A stretch of 59,394 nt of DNA, filler included. It is 10 parts of 10 records of this genome, joined end to end, with 100 filler letters (N's around TTAATTAATTAA, not from the genome) between each part and the next. Parts side by side here need not be neighbours in the genome. Positions count along the whole stretch, not along the records: positions 1 to 7,310 come from SRR31147125_10472; positions 7,411 to 13,914 come from SRR31147125_10484; 8 more parts are not named here. One strand, 5' to 3'. The notes under the pieces are model-generated. The model ran no database searches. It was not told the origin of the DNA and was given only the letters and a program-made list of their open reading frames with translations. The position numbers and the translations under genes are program-made. Positions 1-10,324 of the stretch are shown piece by piece. Position 1 is the stretch's first letter. Every line of letters begins with the position of its first letter.

Positions 1-42
1 TAAGACTATTAAGAGAACAATGCTAATAATTACTAATCTCAT
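1..42 (-). CDS. N-terminus of a truncated, probably exported or membrane protein (MRLVIISIVLLIVL...)
   Basis: Minus-strand ATG at 42 after GGAAGGGG; open hydrophobic frame runs off the window edge. Confidence 0.55.
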   Translation of the reverse strand, partial: MRLVIISIVLLIVL

Positions 43-351
43 ACGTGACCGACCCCTTCCGATAAAATGTGTCCTAGTGAACTAGGATTACTTTGCTTGC
101 AATAAGAATATCAAATATCTTATTCTTTGTCAAGAAATTTTTATCTATAAATCTTATAGTTAAGATATATCATATTTATTAATAACATATAATAATGTAA
201 AAAACAAATTTTTTTATAATTTGAGTTGAGAAATATATTAATAAAATTATTTTATATGTTATAAAGTGTGATTTGTTTAGAGAAAATAAGTCATCCAAAT
301 AAAGCTATTGTTCTGAAAAGGAAAATGAATTCAAGATAAGAACAAAAGTGC

Positions 352-380
352 TTGAAAGATTCAGGGTTTTATAGTAAAAT
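352..380 (+). promoter_or_regulatory. sigma-70-type promoter for the small ORF at 454
   Basis: TTGAAA (352-357), 17-bp spacer, TAAAAT (375-380). Confidence 0.55.
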
Positions 381-453
381 GGTATTGGGGATCAGAGGTT
401 TAAATAGGATTTGGTTTTTACTATCTTTTTGTAACTTGAAAGGAGTACCAATA

Positions 454-525
454 ATGAATCAAAAATATTTAACCGCTGTTATTATAATGGTTCTATTTGT
501 AATAGTAATAGAAGTCATCACATGA
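454..525 (+). CDS. 23-aa hydrophobic small protein MNQKYLTAVIIMVLFVIVIEVIT
   Basis: AAAGGAG RBS 8 nt upstream of ATG; single TM-like helix; own promoter and downstream hairpin; too short for the ORF track. Confidence 0.55.
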   Translation: MNQKYLTAVIIMVLFVIVIEVIT

Positions 526-554
526 ATTACATGAATATAGAACACAATAAAATA

Positions 555-601
555 ATAATATATTGAAGCTGCGTAAACTCTACGCAGCTTCTATATATTA
601 T
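555..601. terminator. hairpin, probable terminator
   Basis: GAAGCTGCGTA-aactc-TACGCAGCTTC with AT-rich stem extension. Confidence 0.6.
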
Positions 602-675
602 ATGAAACAATTTCTTTGGTATATACAGAGGCATTCTTTACTTAAAAAGTAGACATTTACACTAGAGTGTGATTC

Positions 676-729
676 TTTAACTAAATTTTACATGTCATTA
701 ATGATGCTTTCACACTGCTAGGTTATAAT
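676..729 (+). promoter_or_regulatory. Pho-box-like direct repeats plus -10 element
   Basis: TTTAAC/TTTACA/TTAATG/TTCACA at an 11-bp period (676, 687, 698, 709), then TATAAT 724-729, upstream of alkaline phosphatase. Confidence 0.6.
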
Positions 730-765
730 TTCTTCAGAAACTATAAAAAATGGAGGTATTTTTTA

Positions 766-2223
766 ATGAGAAATGTAACAAAGAAAATGATAGCACTTGC
801 ATCTGTAATTATCGCTGGATCTTTATTCTTTGCATCATGTGGAACAACTGACGCCAAGAAGGATCAAATGGCTGGGGCAAAAATGGAAAAGCCAATGATG
901 GATACAAAAGCACCTAAATATGTCTTTTATTTTATTGGAGATGGAATGGGCGTTGCTCAAAGACAATCAGCTGAATACTATGCACAATATTTCACTGAGA
1001 ATGACGACTACAAGTTACAAATAAACAAATTAAAAGTAGCAGGAATCAATACTACCCATAGTTCAAGTAGTTTAGTAACAGATTCAGCAGCTGCGGGAAC
1101 AGCACTGGCAACAGGTTACAAAACTAATAACGGAATGATAGCTGTAACTCCTGAAGGAAAAAACGTTAGAACTTTAGTAGAAGCTGTAGAAGATAAAGGT
1201 ATGAAAACAGCTCTTATCTCAACTACCAGATTAACTCATGCTACTCCGGCAAGTTTTGCATCGCATAATGTAAGCAGAAATAATGAAAATGCTATAGCAG
1301 CTGACTTTGTTGATTCAGGTGTGGATTTCTATGCTGGTGGAGGATACAGATATTTCGTTGCAAAAGATAATGCTGAAGGTTTAAAATCAAAAAGAAAAGA
1401 TAATAGAGATATTGTAGAAGAGTTTGAAAAAGAGGGATATAAAACATTTATCGGTGAAGATGATTCAGATGATTTCATGAACTATAAACCATCAAAAGGT
1501 GATAAAGTGTTTGCTGCACTAACTTATTCTCATATGCCATATGAAGTTGATAGAGCTCAAGAAAATGTAATTCCTTCATTAGCGAACTTAACAAAAAAAG
1601 GAATTGAGACACTAGAAGATTCAGAAGAGGGATTCTTCATGATGGTAGAAGGAGGAAGAATTGACCATGCTTGTCATGCAAATGATGCCCTTGGATCAAT
1701 TGGAGATACTTTAGCATTTGATGAAGCTGTAAAAGTTGCATATGATTTCTATATGGAGCACCCAGAAGAAACATTAATCGTTGTAACTGCTGACCATGAA
1801 ACTGGTGGAATGGGATTAGGATTTGCTAAGAATTACTACTTAAATATGAATGCCTTAGATCAAACTACTATGTCAGTAGAGGATAAATTACAATACTCTT
1901 ACAATGGAGATAAAAAAGCATTTATGAAACTACTAGCAGACGATTTTGGATTATATAACTTATCTCCATCTGAAGTAGCTAGAATAGAAGATGGAATGGC
2001 TAAAGCGGACGCTGGTAAAAAAATTGCTGGATATTATAACCCTGCAGCAATTGCAGCAACTCATGTGTTATCTGAAAAGGCTAATATGGAGTGGACAACT
2101 TATGCGCATACTGCAACTCAAATAGCACTATCTGCAGAAGGTGTTCAAGCAGATAAATTTGGTGGATACAAAGATAACACAGAAGTAGCTAAAACTATGT
2201 TTGATGTTTTAGGAGTAAAATAA
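766..2223 (+). CDS. phoA: alkaline phosphatase, lipoprotein
   Basis: FIGDGMG, VTDSAAAGTALATG, THATPA, VEGGRIDHACH and TADHETGG motifs; lipobox FASC. Confidence 0.93.
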   Translation: MRNVTKKMIALASVIIAGSLFFASCGTTDAKKDQMAGAKMEKPMMDTKAPKYVFYFIGDGMGVAQRQSAEYYAQYFTENDDYKLQINKLKVAGINTTHSSSSLVTDSAAAGTALATGYKTNNGMIAVTPEGKNVRTLVEAVEDKGMKTALISTTRLTHATPASFASHNVSRNNENAIAADFVDSGVDFYAGGGYRYFVAKDNAEGLKSKRKDNRDIVEEFEKEGYKTFIGEDDSDDFMNYKPSKGDKVFAALTYSHMPYEVDRAQENVIPSLANLTKKGIETLEDSEEGFFMMVEGGRIDHACHANDALGSIGDTLAFDEAVKVAYDFYMEHPEETLIVVTADHETGGMGLGFAKNYYLNMNALDQTTMSVEDKLQYSYNGDKKAFMKLLADDFGLYNLSPSEVARIEDGMAKADAGKKIAGYYNPAAIAATHVLSEKANMEWTTYAHTATQIALSAEGVQADKFGGYKDNTEVAKTMFDVLGVK

Positions 2224-2244
2224 TTAATAAAATTTAAAAATATA

Positions 2245-2277
2245 GTAGAAATAAAGCCATATAGCCTTTATTTCTAC
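2245..2277 (+). terminator. intergenic hairpin
   Basis: GTAGAAATAAAG...CTTTATTTCTAC inverted repeat. Confidence 0.5.
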
Positions 2278-2366
2278 AATCTAGGGAGCTTTAAATGCTG
2301 AAAGCGTTAAAGCTCCTTTTAGAATTTAATCTCTCAATAAGACATAATTTCGGAGGAAAATCCAGA

Positions 2367-3485
2367 ATGAAAAAAGCAGTTACAATAGTATTAATCTTAC
2401 TTAGTGTTACATTAATGATCCTTTATTCATATAATAAGAATCGAATTGAAAGCGGACAGGCAGTAGCAAAAGTTCTTGAGGTGGACAACTCTAAACTGGT
2501 TGTTGCAGGAAAAGCTATGATTGGCGGGCAAGAGTTGAAGGTAAAAATTAAAAATGGGGAAAATAAAGGCGAAATTATTTGGCTTAGCAATAATCTGCTT
2601 GGAGATATGGAGTTTGATGAAGTATACGAACTAAATGATAATGTTTTAGTTGGTTTAATCAAAGTCAATAATGAGCTAAAAGGTAAAACTCTGTCACTTT
2701 ACAGAGATAAGGTAACAGTTTGTTTATTGCTTGTATTTATATTATGTTTAATAATCTATGCCAAAATGACAGGAGTTTATGCACTACTATCATTTGCTGG
2801 TAGTATATTGATCATATGGAGAGTTTTGATACCTTTATTACTTAAAGGTTATAATCCAATCATAATAACAGCTATTACACTTGGTTTATTAACTGGATTG
2901 ATTGTGTTTAGTGTAGCAGGATTTACTAAAAAAGGGTATTCAGCTTTTTTTGGAACAATGTTTGGGCTTACTTCAACTGTTATTATTACATTTATTTTTG
3001 GTGAAATTTTTAGACTACAGGGAATGACAGAGCCATTTTCTCAAACTTTGTTTTTTGCAAGTGGAATGTCGTTGAATATGAAGCAAATATTTTATAGTGC
3101 TATTCTAATAGGAGCATCAGGAGCTGCAATGGATATAGCAATGGATATAGCGGCATCTATGGATGAGCTTAAGATTAATAGTCCAGAGATGAGCAGAGAG
3201 GCTCTCATTAAGTCAGGTTTTAATGTTGGGCAATCAGTTATAGGGACAATGACTACAACGCTCTTACTGGCTTATTCAGGAAGTTACTTAACGCTTATCA
3301 TGCTATTCTATCAGCAGGGGACGGGTATAGCCCAGATATTGAATATGAAGATAATATCAGCTGAGATAATGAGAACGGTAATTGGAAGTATTGGACTTGT
3401 TTTGGTAGCACCTATTACGGCATTCTTTGCAGGATATATATATAGTATTTCTGATAGTAGTGAGAAGGTTCCAGAAGAAGTATAG
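2367..3485 (+). CDS. YibE/F family membrane protein
   Basis: IGASGAAMDIAMDIA and GTMTTTLLLAYSG motifs; multi-TM; start set at MKKAVT after GGAGG. Confidence 0.88.
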   Translation: MKKAVTIVLILLSVTLMILYSYNKNRIESGQAVAKVLEVDNSKLVVAGKAMIGGQELKVKIKNGENKGEIIWLSNNLLGDMEFDEVYELNDNVLVGLIKVNNELKGKTLSLYRDKVTVCLLLVFILCLIIYAKMTGVYALLSFAGSILIIWRVLIPLLLKGYNPIIITAITLGLLTGLIVFSVAGFTKKGYSAFFGTMFGLTSTVIITFIFGEIFRLQGMTEPFSQTLFFASGMSLNMKQIFYSAILIGASGAAMDIAMDIAASMDELKINSPEMSREALIKSGFNVGQSVIGTMTTTLLLAYSGSYLTLIMLFYQQGTGIAQILNMKIISAEIMRTVIGSIGLVLVAPITAFFAGYIYSISDSSEKVPEEV

Positions 3486-3507
3486 AAGTTTGTATTAAAC
3501 ACTGAAG

Positions 3508-3550
3508 TAGGCTCATTAATGATTTTGTTATTAGTGAGTCTAATTTTTTA
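3508..3550. terminator. intrinsic terminator between convergent genes
   Basis: TAGGCTCATTAATGA/TTATTAGTGAGTCTA stem followed by a T tract. Confidence 0.65.
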
Positions 3551-3635
3551 TTTTTCAAATCTAAAATTGCTAATATATATAAAGAGTTTTATATATAACT
3601 GAAACTTGAAAAAGTATGTTGTTGCAAAAGTTTCT

Positions 3636-4307
3636 TTATGAAAGTAATCTATAGCCGGTTCCTCTATGGGCAATAATATTGTCAGAGAAGATTGGAAACT
3701 TTTTTTTCAATCTACTTACACACAAATCCATTTTTTTATCCCCTTTTTCATACGCCTCTTGCCATATCTCCATATGAAATTTATCTCTACTTATAACAAT
3801 TCCTTTGTTCAAAAGAAAATATTCCAAGACCTTTACTTCATGCAAAGTAAGTTTTATTTTTTGATTATTGAATATAGCTTCGAATTTCTCAAAATCAAAG
3901 GTGGCGTCTTTATAATAAACTTTTTTTGCAGATGGCGCATTACTTACTTTGAGGACATTAAGTATTCTAAATATAAATTCATCATCATCAAAAGGTTTTT
4001 TGATATAATCATCTACGCCGATATGGAAGCCTTTATTTACGCTCTCTTGTTGGGTCTCTGAGCTCAATATGACAGTTTTTATATCACCGTATTTATCATG
4101 ATATTTTTTTAAAAAATAGATAATATCAAAACCTGTCATTAGTTTTAAATTAATATCAATAACTACACAGTCATATTTTGTTTCTTTTGCCTTATCCAGA
4201 AACTTTTCTGCTGAATAAAATCCCTCTGTATCCCAACCAGTTTTTATTAATAAGTTTTGGATGTACTGATTCATCATTTTTTCATCTTCCACAACTGCAA
4301 TCAACAT
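3636..4307 (-). CDS. OmpR-family response regulator
   Basis: REC domain (VVEDE, VIDINL, KKPF) plus winged helix (SRLKKK, RGTGY). Confidence 0.9.
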   Translation of the reverse strand: MLIAVVEDEKMMNQYIQNLLIKTGWDTEGFYSAEKFLDKAKETKYDCVVIDINLKLMTGFDIIYFLKKYHDKYGDIKTVILSSETQQESVNKGFHIGVDDYIKKPFDDDEFIFRILNVLKVSNAPSAKKVYYKDATFDFEKFEAIFNNQKIKLTLHEVKVLEYFLLNKGIVISRDKFHMEIWQEAYEKGDKKMDLCVSRLKKKFPIFSDNIIAHRGTGYRLLS

Positions 4308-5293
4308 TTTATCTCCCTTCCTAAACTCTCAATCTCTGAAATTAATTCTTTAAATAATTGTTTAATTGTGCTTATATTTTCTCTTATCACAGCTTCCTCA
4401 ATGTTTTGTAGAATATTTGCGAGGTTATTTTGATTAATTTGTAGAGCTGCTCCTTTTTTCTTATGTGCAAAACTTTTAATACCTTCGAAATTCAATGTTT
4501 CAATATCTTTTTTTAATTGATTGATATCCTCTTCAATACTCTGTATTAATATTGAAAGATAATCTTCATTAAGAACGGGTTTATTTCCTTCATTTTGGAG
4601 ATACTCGTCAATAACTTCATTGAGGATATTATTATTAGGAAAATATTTATTTAACATAGCAAGTAATTCATCGAAATAAAAGGGTTTTCCTAAAACTCCA
4701 TCAAAGCCTGCGTTGATACATTTTTCCTTAAACTCTTCTCCACCTGAAGCAGTAAAAGCTATTATAAGAGTTTTGTTTCTAATTATTTTCTTTAACATTT
4801 CAAGCACCTTAAACCCATTTAATTTTGGTAACTGTATATCAAGAAAAATAATGTTAAACTCTTTTTCTTTTACTAAATCAAGACACCTTTTTCCACTAGT
4901 GGCAGACTCAGTAGATATTTTCATATGCTGAAGATACTCTTTCATGATCTCAATATTAACGATGCTATCATCTACAATAAGTGAAGATAATCCGTTAAAT
5001 GTTTGTTCTTCAGTGTTGTCCTCTTTTTTGATATCTTTCTCCTCTAGATAAAACATATCAATTATATTATTAAAATTTAAATTGATTATTTTATAAAAAT
5101 AATCTTTTTTGTAATGCTCTTTGCTTGTCAATAAATACACTTTTGCTGTATCTGTTAAATTAACATCATCTCTATATCTATCATATAGATCTTCGCATAA
5201 TATAATAGTTGCGTTATTTATATCTTTTTTATTCAGTGCATTTTTTATATCTTTTTTATTATTAACTATAATGTAAGGAGCTTCGTAATTCAA
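4301..5293 (-). CDS. REC + Hpt domains; probably the C-terminal half of the hybrid kinase at 5290-6756
   Basis: IVDDS/FLDIQLP/KPF receiver and AHKKKGAA Hpt; TTG start lies in a T run overlapping the upstream stop. Confidence 0.8.
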   Translation of the reverse strand: MNYEAPYIIVNNKKDIKNALNKKDINNATIILCEDLYDRYRDDVNLTDTAKVYLLTSKEHYKKDYFYKIINLNFNNIIDMFYLEEKDIKKEDNTEEQTFNGLSSLIVDDSIVNIEIMKEYLQHMKISTESATSGKRCLDLVKEKEFNIIFLDIQLPKLNGFKVLEMLKKIIRNKTLIIAFTASGGEEFKEKCINAGFDGVLGKPFYFDELLAMLNKYFPNNNILNEVIDEYLQNEGNKPVLNEDYLSILIQSIEEDINQLKKDIETLNFEGIKSFAHKKKGAALQINQNNLANILQNIEEAVIRENISTIKQLFKELISEIESLGREIKC

Positions 5294-6756
5294 AAATATT
5301 TTGATAAAAACTCTATAATTATCTTGTTATTAGTTATTAAAACATATATTGAAGATTGTATTTTTCTGTTTTGAATGACGAAAGAATTAAATGCCAGATC
5401 AAAGTAAAATCTAGAGCCTTTATTTATTTTTGACTCTACCTCAATTTTTCCTCCCATTAATTTTACAAAATTTTGAGATATTGTTAGTCCTAATCCTGTT
5501 CCTTCATATTTTTTATTAAGGTCGATCTCACCTTGTTCAAAAGAATTAAATATTCTCTTTGATGTGTCTGTATCGATCCCTATACCAGTATCAATAACTT
5601 CAAATTTTATCTGTATATTATTAGTTGAAAACCCTATACATGTTATGTTTATTTCTATTTTTCCTGAATCAGTAAACTTCACTGCATTTCCTACGATGTT
5701 TATTAAGACTTGTTTTATTTTTATATAATCTCCTGTTATTTTCTCTGGTATCTTTTTATCTACATATATTAATAACAATACCTCTTTATCACTTAATTTT
5801 TTATTGAATATATTACTGATCTCTTCTAATAGCACTCTCAATGAAAATTCTGAATTTTCCACTTGTATTTTCTTTTTTTCTATCTTTGCAAAATCTATTA
5901 ATTGATTGATCAAAGTCAGTAGATGTTTGGATAGATTCATAATGTTTACCAATTCTGCGCTATTTTTCTTTTTTAGCTTTAGTAGTTCCGCATTACCAAT
6001 GATACCGCTCAAAGGCGTTCGTAATTCATGGCTAACATTGGCTATAAAATCTATTTTGAATCTATTAGATTTTTCAAGTGAACTTTTTATCTTCTTTTCT
6101 CTCTTGAGATTTTCATCTAGTTCCTTCATCATCTTTTCGAATATAGCTGTTAGTATAAACAGGATAGTTGCCAGGAGGACAATGATAGATGACCAACTCT
6201 CTAGCTCTATTAGGATTCCAGCATCAAAAAATCGATTGGACGTTAGATATTGACTTCCGAATAATTCGAGTACAAAGACAAAGCTACTAAACAGATAAGC
6301 GCATATAATAAGCCACTTTGCTATGAATTTTTCCTTTGAAATAGTTATAATTATTAGAGCATGATAAAATAGATTAAATATAGAAAAAACTTCATTTCGG
6401 TGAGTCAGAGAGTCGTTAATATATGTAAAATATATCATAAAAGGCAGCATGAATAAGGGGAAAATATATTCTACAAAATTATTCTCTTTTTTATTAAATA
6501 CCAATTTGACTCCTTTTAAAAACAGAGAATAAGGATATACAAAGAGGATGTTTTGGAGAACTATTGTAAAAAAATCCGGTAAGACTCCCTGAAGTGAAAG
6601 TAAAATAAAAGCAGTAAAAGAGGAACAGTGACAGAGTATCAGTGCATTCATTGCATTTTTATAGGGAACATTTTTTTTGATTGTTGAAAATAAAATTATT
6701 GAAAAAGTTACAATGGTTAACTCTGTTATTACTAAAGTTTCCAAATCTAATATCAT
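5290..6756 (-). CDS. membrane sensor histidine kinase (hybrid, N-terminal part)
   Basis: Multi-TM N-terminus; SHELRTPL H-box; NAVKFT, DTGIG, GTGLGL. Confidence 0.9.
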   Translation of the reverse strand: MILDLETLVITELTIVTFSIILFSTIKKNVPYKNAMNALILCHCSSFTAFILLSLQGVLPDFFTIVLQNILFVYPYSLFLKGVKLVFNKKENNFVEYIFPLFMLPFMIYFTYINDSLTHRNEVFSIFNLFYHALIIITISKEKFIAKWLIICAYLFSSFVFVLELFGSQYLTSNRFFDAGILIELESWSSIIVLLATILFILTAIFEKMMKELDENLKREKKIKSSLEKSNRFKIDFIANVSHELRTPLSGIIGNAELLKLKKKNSAELVNIMNLSKHLLTLINQLIDFAKIEKKKIQVENSEFSLRVLLEEISNIFNKKLSDKEVLLLIYVDKKIPEKITGDYIKIKQVLINIVGNAVKFTDSGKIEINITCIGFSTNNIQIKFEVIDTGIGIDTDTSKRIFNSFEQGEIDLNKKYEGTGLGLTISQNFVKLMGGKIEVESKINKGSRFYFDLAFNSFVIQNRKIQSSIYVLITNNKIIIEFLSKYF

Positions 6757-6908
6757 TATTACTTTCTCCTATCATAATTGCAATTTATTATAAGTATATC
6801 ATATGTTGACTTGATTATAATTAATTTATTTTTATTGAATAATCTGACTATATTCAACCTATTTATCTATATTTCAAAAAGTCCTAAAATTATAGAAATT
6901 TTATACAT

Positions 6909-6947
6909 AGAAGTCCATTTAAAATATAAAACTCTAAATGGACTTCT
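6909..6947 (-). terminator. hairpin after the LRR gene
   Basis: AGAAGTCCATTTA...TAAATGGACTTCT. Confidence 0.55.
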
Positions 6948-6986
6948 CTTATTTTGTGCCATATCATATCTGGTTACAATTTTTTT

Positions 6987-7310
6987 CTACTGCACATCAA
7001 AGATAAGATCTTCTTCATTATCGTATTTCTCCCATGCAGTTTCTATTAATCCCTTCAACCCCTCTGTATCTCCTCCATCTACCTCTATTATATGAACAGT
7101 TAACTCCCCAGAACTACTAGAGGTACCTCTAAATGCAGAAACCAACACTGAATCAACTGTGTTATAAAGTGTTAGGTCTGCTAACTTCTCACACTCCCTA
7201 AATATATAACTGCTTATAGTTGTGACCGTTTCAGGTATGACTATACTTTCCAAACTACTACAACCAAAAAATGCAGAACCCCCTATTTCAGTAACCCCAG
7301 ATGGTATATC
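6987..7310 (-). CDS. BspA-type leucine-rich repeat protein, C-terminal fragment
   Basis: DIPSGVTEIGGSAFFGCSSLESIVIPETVTTI repeats; truncated by the linker. Confidence 0.8.
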   Translation of the reverse strand, partial: DIPSGVTEIGGSAFFGCSSLESIVIPETVTTISSYIFRECEKLADLTLYNTVDSVLVSAFRGTSSSSGELTVHIIEVDGGDTEGLKGLIETAWEKYDNEEDLIFDVQ

Positions 7311-7410
7311 NNNNNNNNNNNNNNNNNNNNNNNNNNNNNNNNNNNNNNNNNNNNTTAATTAATTAANNNNNNNNNNNNNNNNNNNNNNNNNNNNNNNNNN
7401 NNNNNNNNNN
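7311..7410. other. artificial contig linker N44-TTAATTAATTAA-N44
   Basis: Same 100-nt spacer at 13915-14014, 20500-20599, 27044-27143, 32446-32545, 38262-38361, 43448-43547, 48649-48748 and 54047-54146. Confidence 0.97.
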
Positions 7411-7848
7411 GGGCAGCGTCCCCCCTGCAAGGGAAATGGCAGCCTGCATGGTGGATTGCTGAGGTAGCTGTATGAGACCGGGCCTGGCGACCTGGCCTAA
7501 TACACTGACAAACAGGGTACTATGTTTGGCAAAACTGGTCGTCACGACCGGAAAGGCATCCAGGTGATGTGATAGCTGCGTGACGATGATCTGACGCAGT
7601 TTTTCCAGTGTCAATCCGGTTATGGGCAGGTTTTGCAGAAAAGGAAAGTCAATATTCCCTGCCGGGTTGACAGTGACAGTGCGACTGTACTGGGGAAAAC
7701 CATAGACAGTGATGTCAATGCTCATACCAGACCGGATAGTGTCTTTTGGGGTTATCTCGGAAAGTGCAAATGGCTGCAGAAAAGACATGAGAATGGTATA
7801 AATGAAGAGTATCTTACTCATTAAATTTGTTTTTATTATGTTTAACAT
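7411..7848 (-). CDS. polysaccharide export (Wza/SLBB) protein, N-terminal fragment
   Basis: ITVYG...VNPAGNIDFPFL Poly_export domain and VSVLGQVARPG SLBB. Confidence 0.85.
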
Positions 7849-8339
7849 GATTGCCTGCGCAAAAACACGTTTGTCGAAAGAATAAAAAGACTTTTAATTA
7901 GTTATATTGTAATGATAAATAGACTACTATGAATACCTGGGCTTTGACATTTTCTTGCTTTTTTGTTAATTAATAGTTAAAATGAAAAAATGTGAACGTG
8001 GAAATTTAAAGTCAGGAGATAGTCACTTTAATGTTTTTGATTACGGTGGGACGGAAATTGAGTGTTATTGTTTCTGACCTGTCATTAATGGTATTAACTC
8101 AAAAGATCAAAATCTGCATTATTGAGTAAAAATACCTGAAATTAAGGAATAGAGTAATCGAATACACTCCTTTTGATTCTCCCGGAATCTTCTTTTTAAC
8201 TGCGTTTGAAAAATTTGAATCTGTAAATGAGATAAATAATTCATGTGGGAAAAGACACTAATTAAACGTTAATATTGCTTGGCTGAATTTATTAAGGATC
8301 GGGTTCGCTGAGTATCCTTATTTTAGTCGTGTTGAAGAG

Positions 8340-9476
8340 ATGTGTATTATGAATTTGGAAAGTAAGAGTCACAAAGAGCTTGTCCATAAGTTGAATTTCT
8401 GTCAACAACGTCTCCAGGAGCTGGAAAAATCAGAAGCAGAGATAGGGAGAGTGAAAGAGGCGCTCCTTGAAGCCAATTTCCTGTTAATGTCTGTTCTTGA
8501 GAGTCCTGAAAACATTGTTATCTTTTCTTTGGACAAGCACTACAGATATACAGCTTTTAATGAGGGACATAAAAAAACCATGAAAAAAATATGGGGTGAA
8601 GATATTGAGATTGGTTTGAATATGCTGGATGTCATTAAAGATGAAAATGATCGTCAAAAGGCAAAGGACAATTTTGATCGGGTTCTTAAAGGTGAACGAT
8701 TTACATTGATCGAAGAATATGGAGAGAAACCTAACAGATTTTTTTACGAAGATGTTTACAATCCCATTATTGATGATAAAGGCAATGTACATGGATTAAC
8801 TGTTTTTCTGACGGATATTACGCGACGTGTGCGCGCGGAAGAGAAACAAATGGCTTTGCTGAAAGAGAAAGAGGTGCTTCTCAAGGAGGTTCATCACCGG
8901 GTCAAAAACAATTTCACGATCGTTTCCAGCCTGCTTAATATACAATTACATAATTTAGAGGATGAAAAAGCCAGGGCGTTGGTTAAAGAAAGTAGCGACC
9001 GCGTCCAGTCCATGGCATTGATTCATGAAAAACTTTACCAGGCACAGGATTTGGCGAGTATTAATTTTGCCGGTTATATAAAAACCCTGGCAAATGATCT
9101 TTATCAAACCTATGCAACGGATCCTGAGAGAATTTCTCTGGAGCTGGAGATTGAAGATGTCCCTTTAAGTATTGACACAGCGATACCGTGTGGATTGATC
9201 CTGAACGAACTGCTGACAAATGCCTTAAAGTATGCCTTTCCTCCACAGTGGCAGGGGAAAGGTCAGATTAAAATAAAACTGCAACAGCTGGATGAAAACA
9301 AGATTGAATTAACTGTTAAAGATAATGGCATCGGGTTGCCAAAAGATTTTGATATTCAAGCAACTCAATCCCTGGGTTTAAATCTGGTCAGTTTGTTGGC
9401 TGAGGAACAATTTGATGGGCAATTATTTATGGAAAACAGGCAAGGGGCAACATTTCGGATTCTTATTAAAATATAA
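8340..9476 (+). CDS. PAS-domain histidine kinase (HisKA_2 type)
   Basis: PAS/PAC; LLKEVHHRVKNN; ELLTNALKYAF; DNGIG; SLGL. Confidence 0.9.
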   Translation: MCIMNLESKSHKELVHKLNFCQQRLQELEKSEAEIGRVKEALLEANFLLMSVLESPENIVIFSLDKHYRYTAFNEGHKKTMKKIWGEDIEIGLNMLDVIKDENDRQKAKDNFDRVLKGERFTLIEEYGEKPNRFFYEDVYNPIIDDKGNVHGLTVFLTDITRRVRAEEKQMALLKEKEVLLKEVHHRVKNNFTIVSSLLNIQLHNLEDEKARALVKESSDRVQSMALIHEKLYQAQDLASINFAGYIKTLANDLYQTYATDPERISLELEIEDVPLSIDTAIPCGLILNELLTNALKYAFPPQWQGKGQIKIKLQQLDENKIELTVKDNGIGLPKDFDIQATQSLGLNLVSLLAEEQFDGQLFMENRQGATFRILIKI

Positions 9477-9736
9477 GTAAAGTTTTGTTTTATTATCCAT
9501 TATAAATGATGTGAAACAGAAATCTTTGTAATACACAGACCGGATTTACTTATCCCTTCTGTGCTTTTTTATTTTAGCGATGGAATGTTTGGGCCGGTTT
9601 AGAATCCCAGGTTAACAGCAACAGATGAGAAACCTCTCTTTTTCCAGACACAGCACCGCATCGAGTGCCGTTGCCGATAGGTAAAAACCTTGATGTTTTT
9701 GTTTTCCCTGACTGCCGTTTGTATGTTAGCACAGGG

Positions 9737-9774
9737 GCTACAGCACAAGGGGCTTAGACCCCTTGTGCTGTGGT
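9737..9774. repeat. REP-like palindrome
   Basis: ACAGCACAAGGGG-cttaga-CCCCTTGTGCTGT, no T tract. Confidence 0.5.
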
Positions 9775-9988
9775 TAGGAGGTGAGATCGAACGTATCTGC
9801 GGGCGAGATGTGCCTGGGGAAACACATCCCAATGGAGGAGGAGTTTTTATTAATTTTAATGCTTTGTTCTGATTGTCTTTATGCTTTGGTAATAATAACA
9901 TGAATATGCCTGTACTGGACAACTATAAATTACGGCGCATGATTATTTGTTTGGAAAAGCTCGGAGATTTTTTCATAAAGGATATTTG

Positions 9989-10183
9989 ATGAACCAACGA
10001 CAATTTAACGGTAAAGCGGTGAGGTTACGGTCGGCGAAGATGGTAGCACTGTTGGAAGTGGATCATGTCGTGGATTTGTGTACAAAAGGTATTTCTGCTC
10101 AATGTGTGCTTGATATTGGTACTGGCAGCGGATTATTCGCGGAGCGTTTTTACACTTTTAGTTTTGATGTGGCAGTGCTCTGA
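9989..10183 (+). pseudogene. truncated class I SAM methyltransferase
   Basis: VLDIGTGSGLFA motif I, then a stop with no recognisable continuation. Confidence 0.65.
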
Positions 10184-10324
10184 TGGAAAGTGCTTTTCTT
10201 GCCTAATTATATTCACAGAACTGTTTATAACGATTTCTTCTGTCCTGCTACGGATGTTTGATTTGAATTTATTAATCGTAAGAGGTGATGATTTTTTTCA
10301 AAATCACATTGCTCAGGAGGTCTG

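Noticed and set aside
5290-5292. Selenocysteine read-through at TGA stops (also 10181-10183)
   Set aside because: No redox Cys context; the first is explained by a homopolymer frameshift and the second has no homologous continuation.
7355-7366. TTAATTAATTAA repeated nine times as a biological repeat
   Set aside because: Always centred in N runs with stops in all frames; it is a concatenation linker. ORFs containing X are artefactual at those ends, and cross-linker synteny is meaningless.
9599-9922. 107-aa minus-strand ORF and 60-aa plus-strand ORF
   Set aside because: No recognisable motif; they run through palindromic intergenic sequence.
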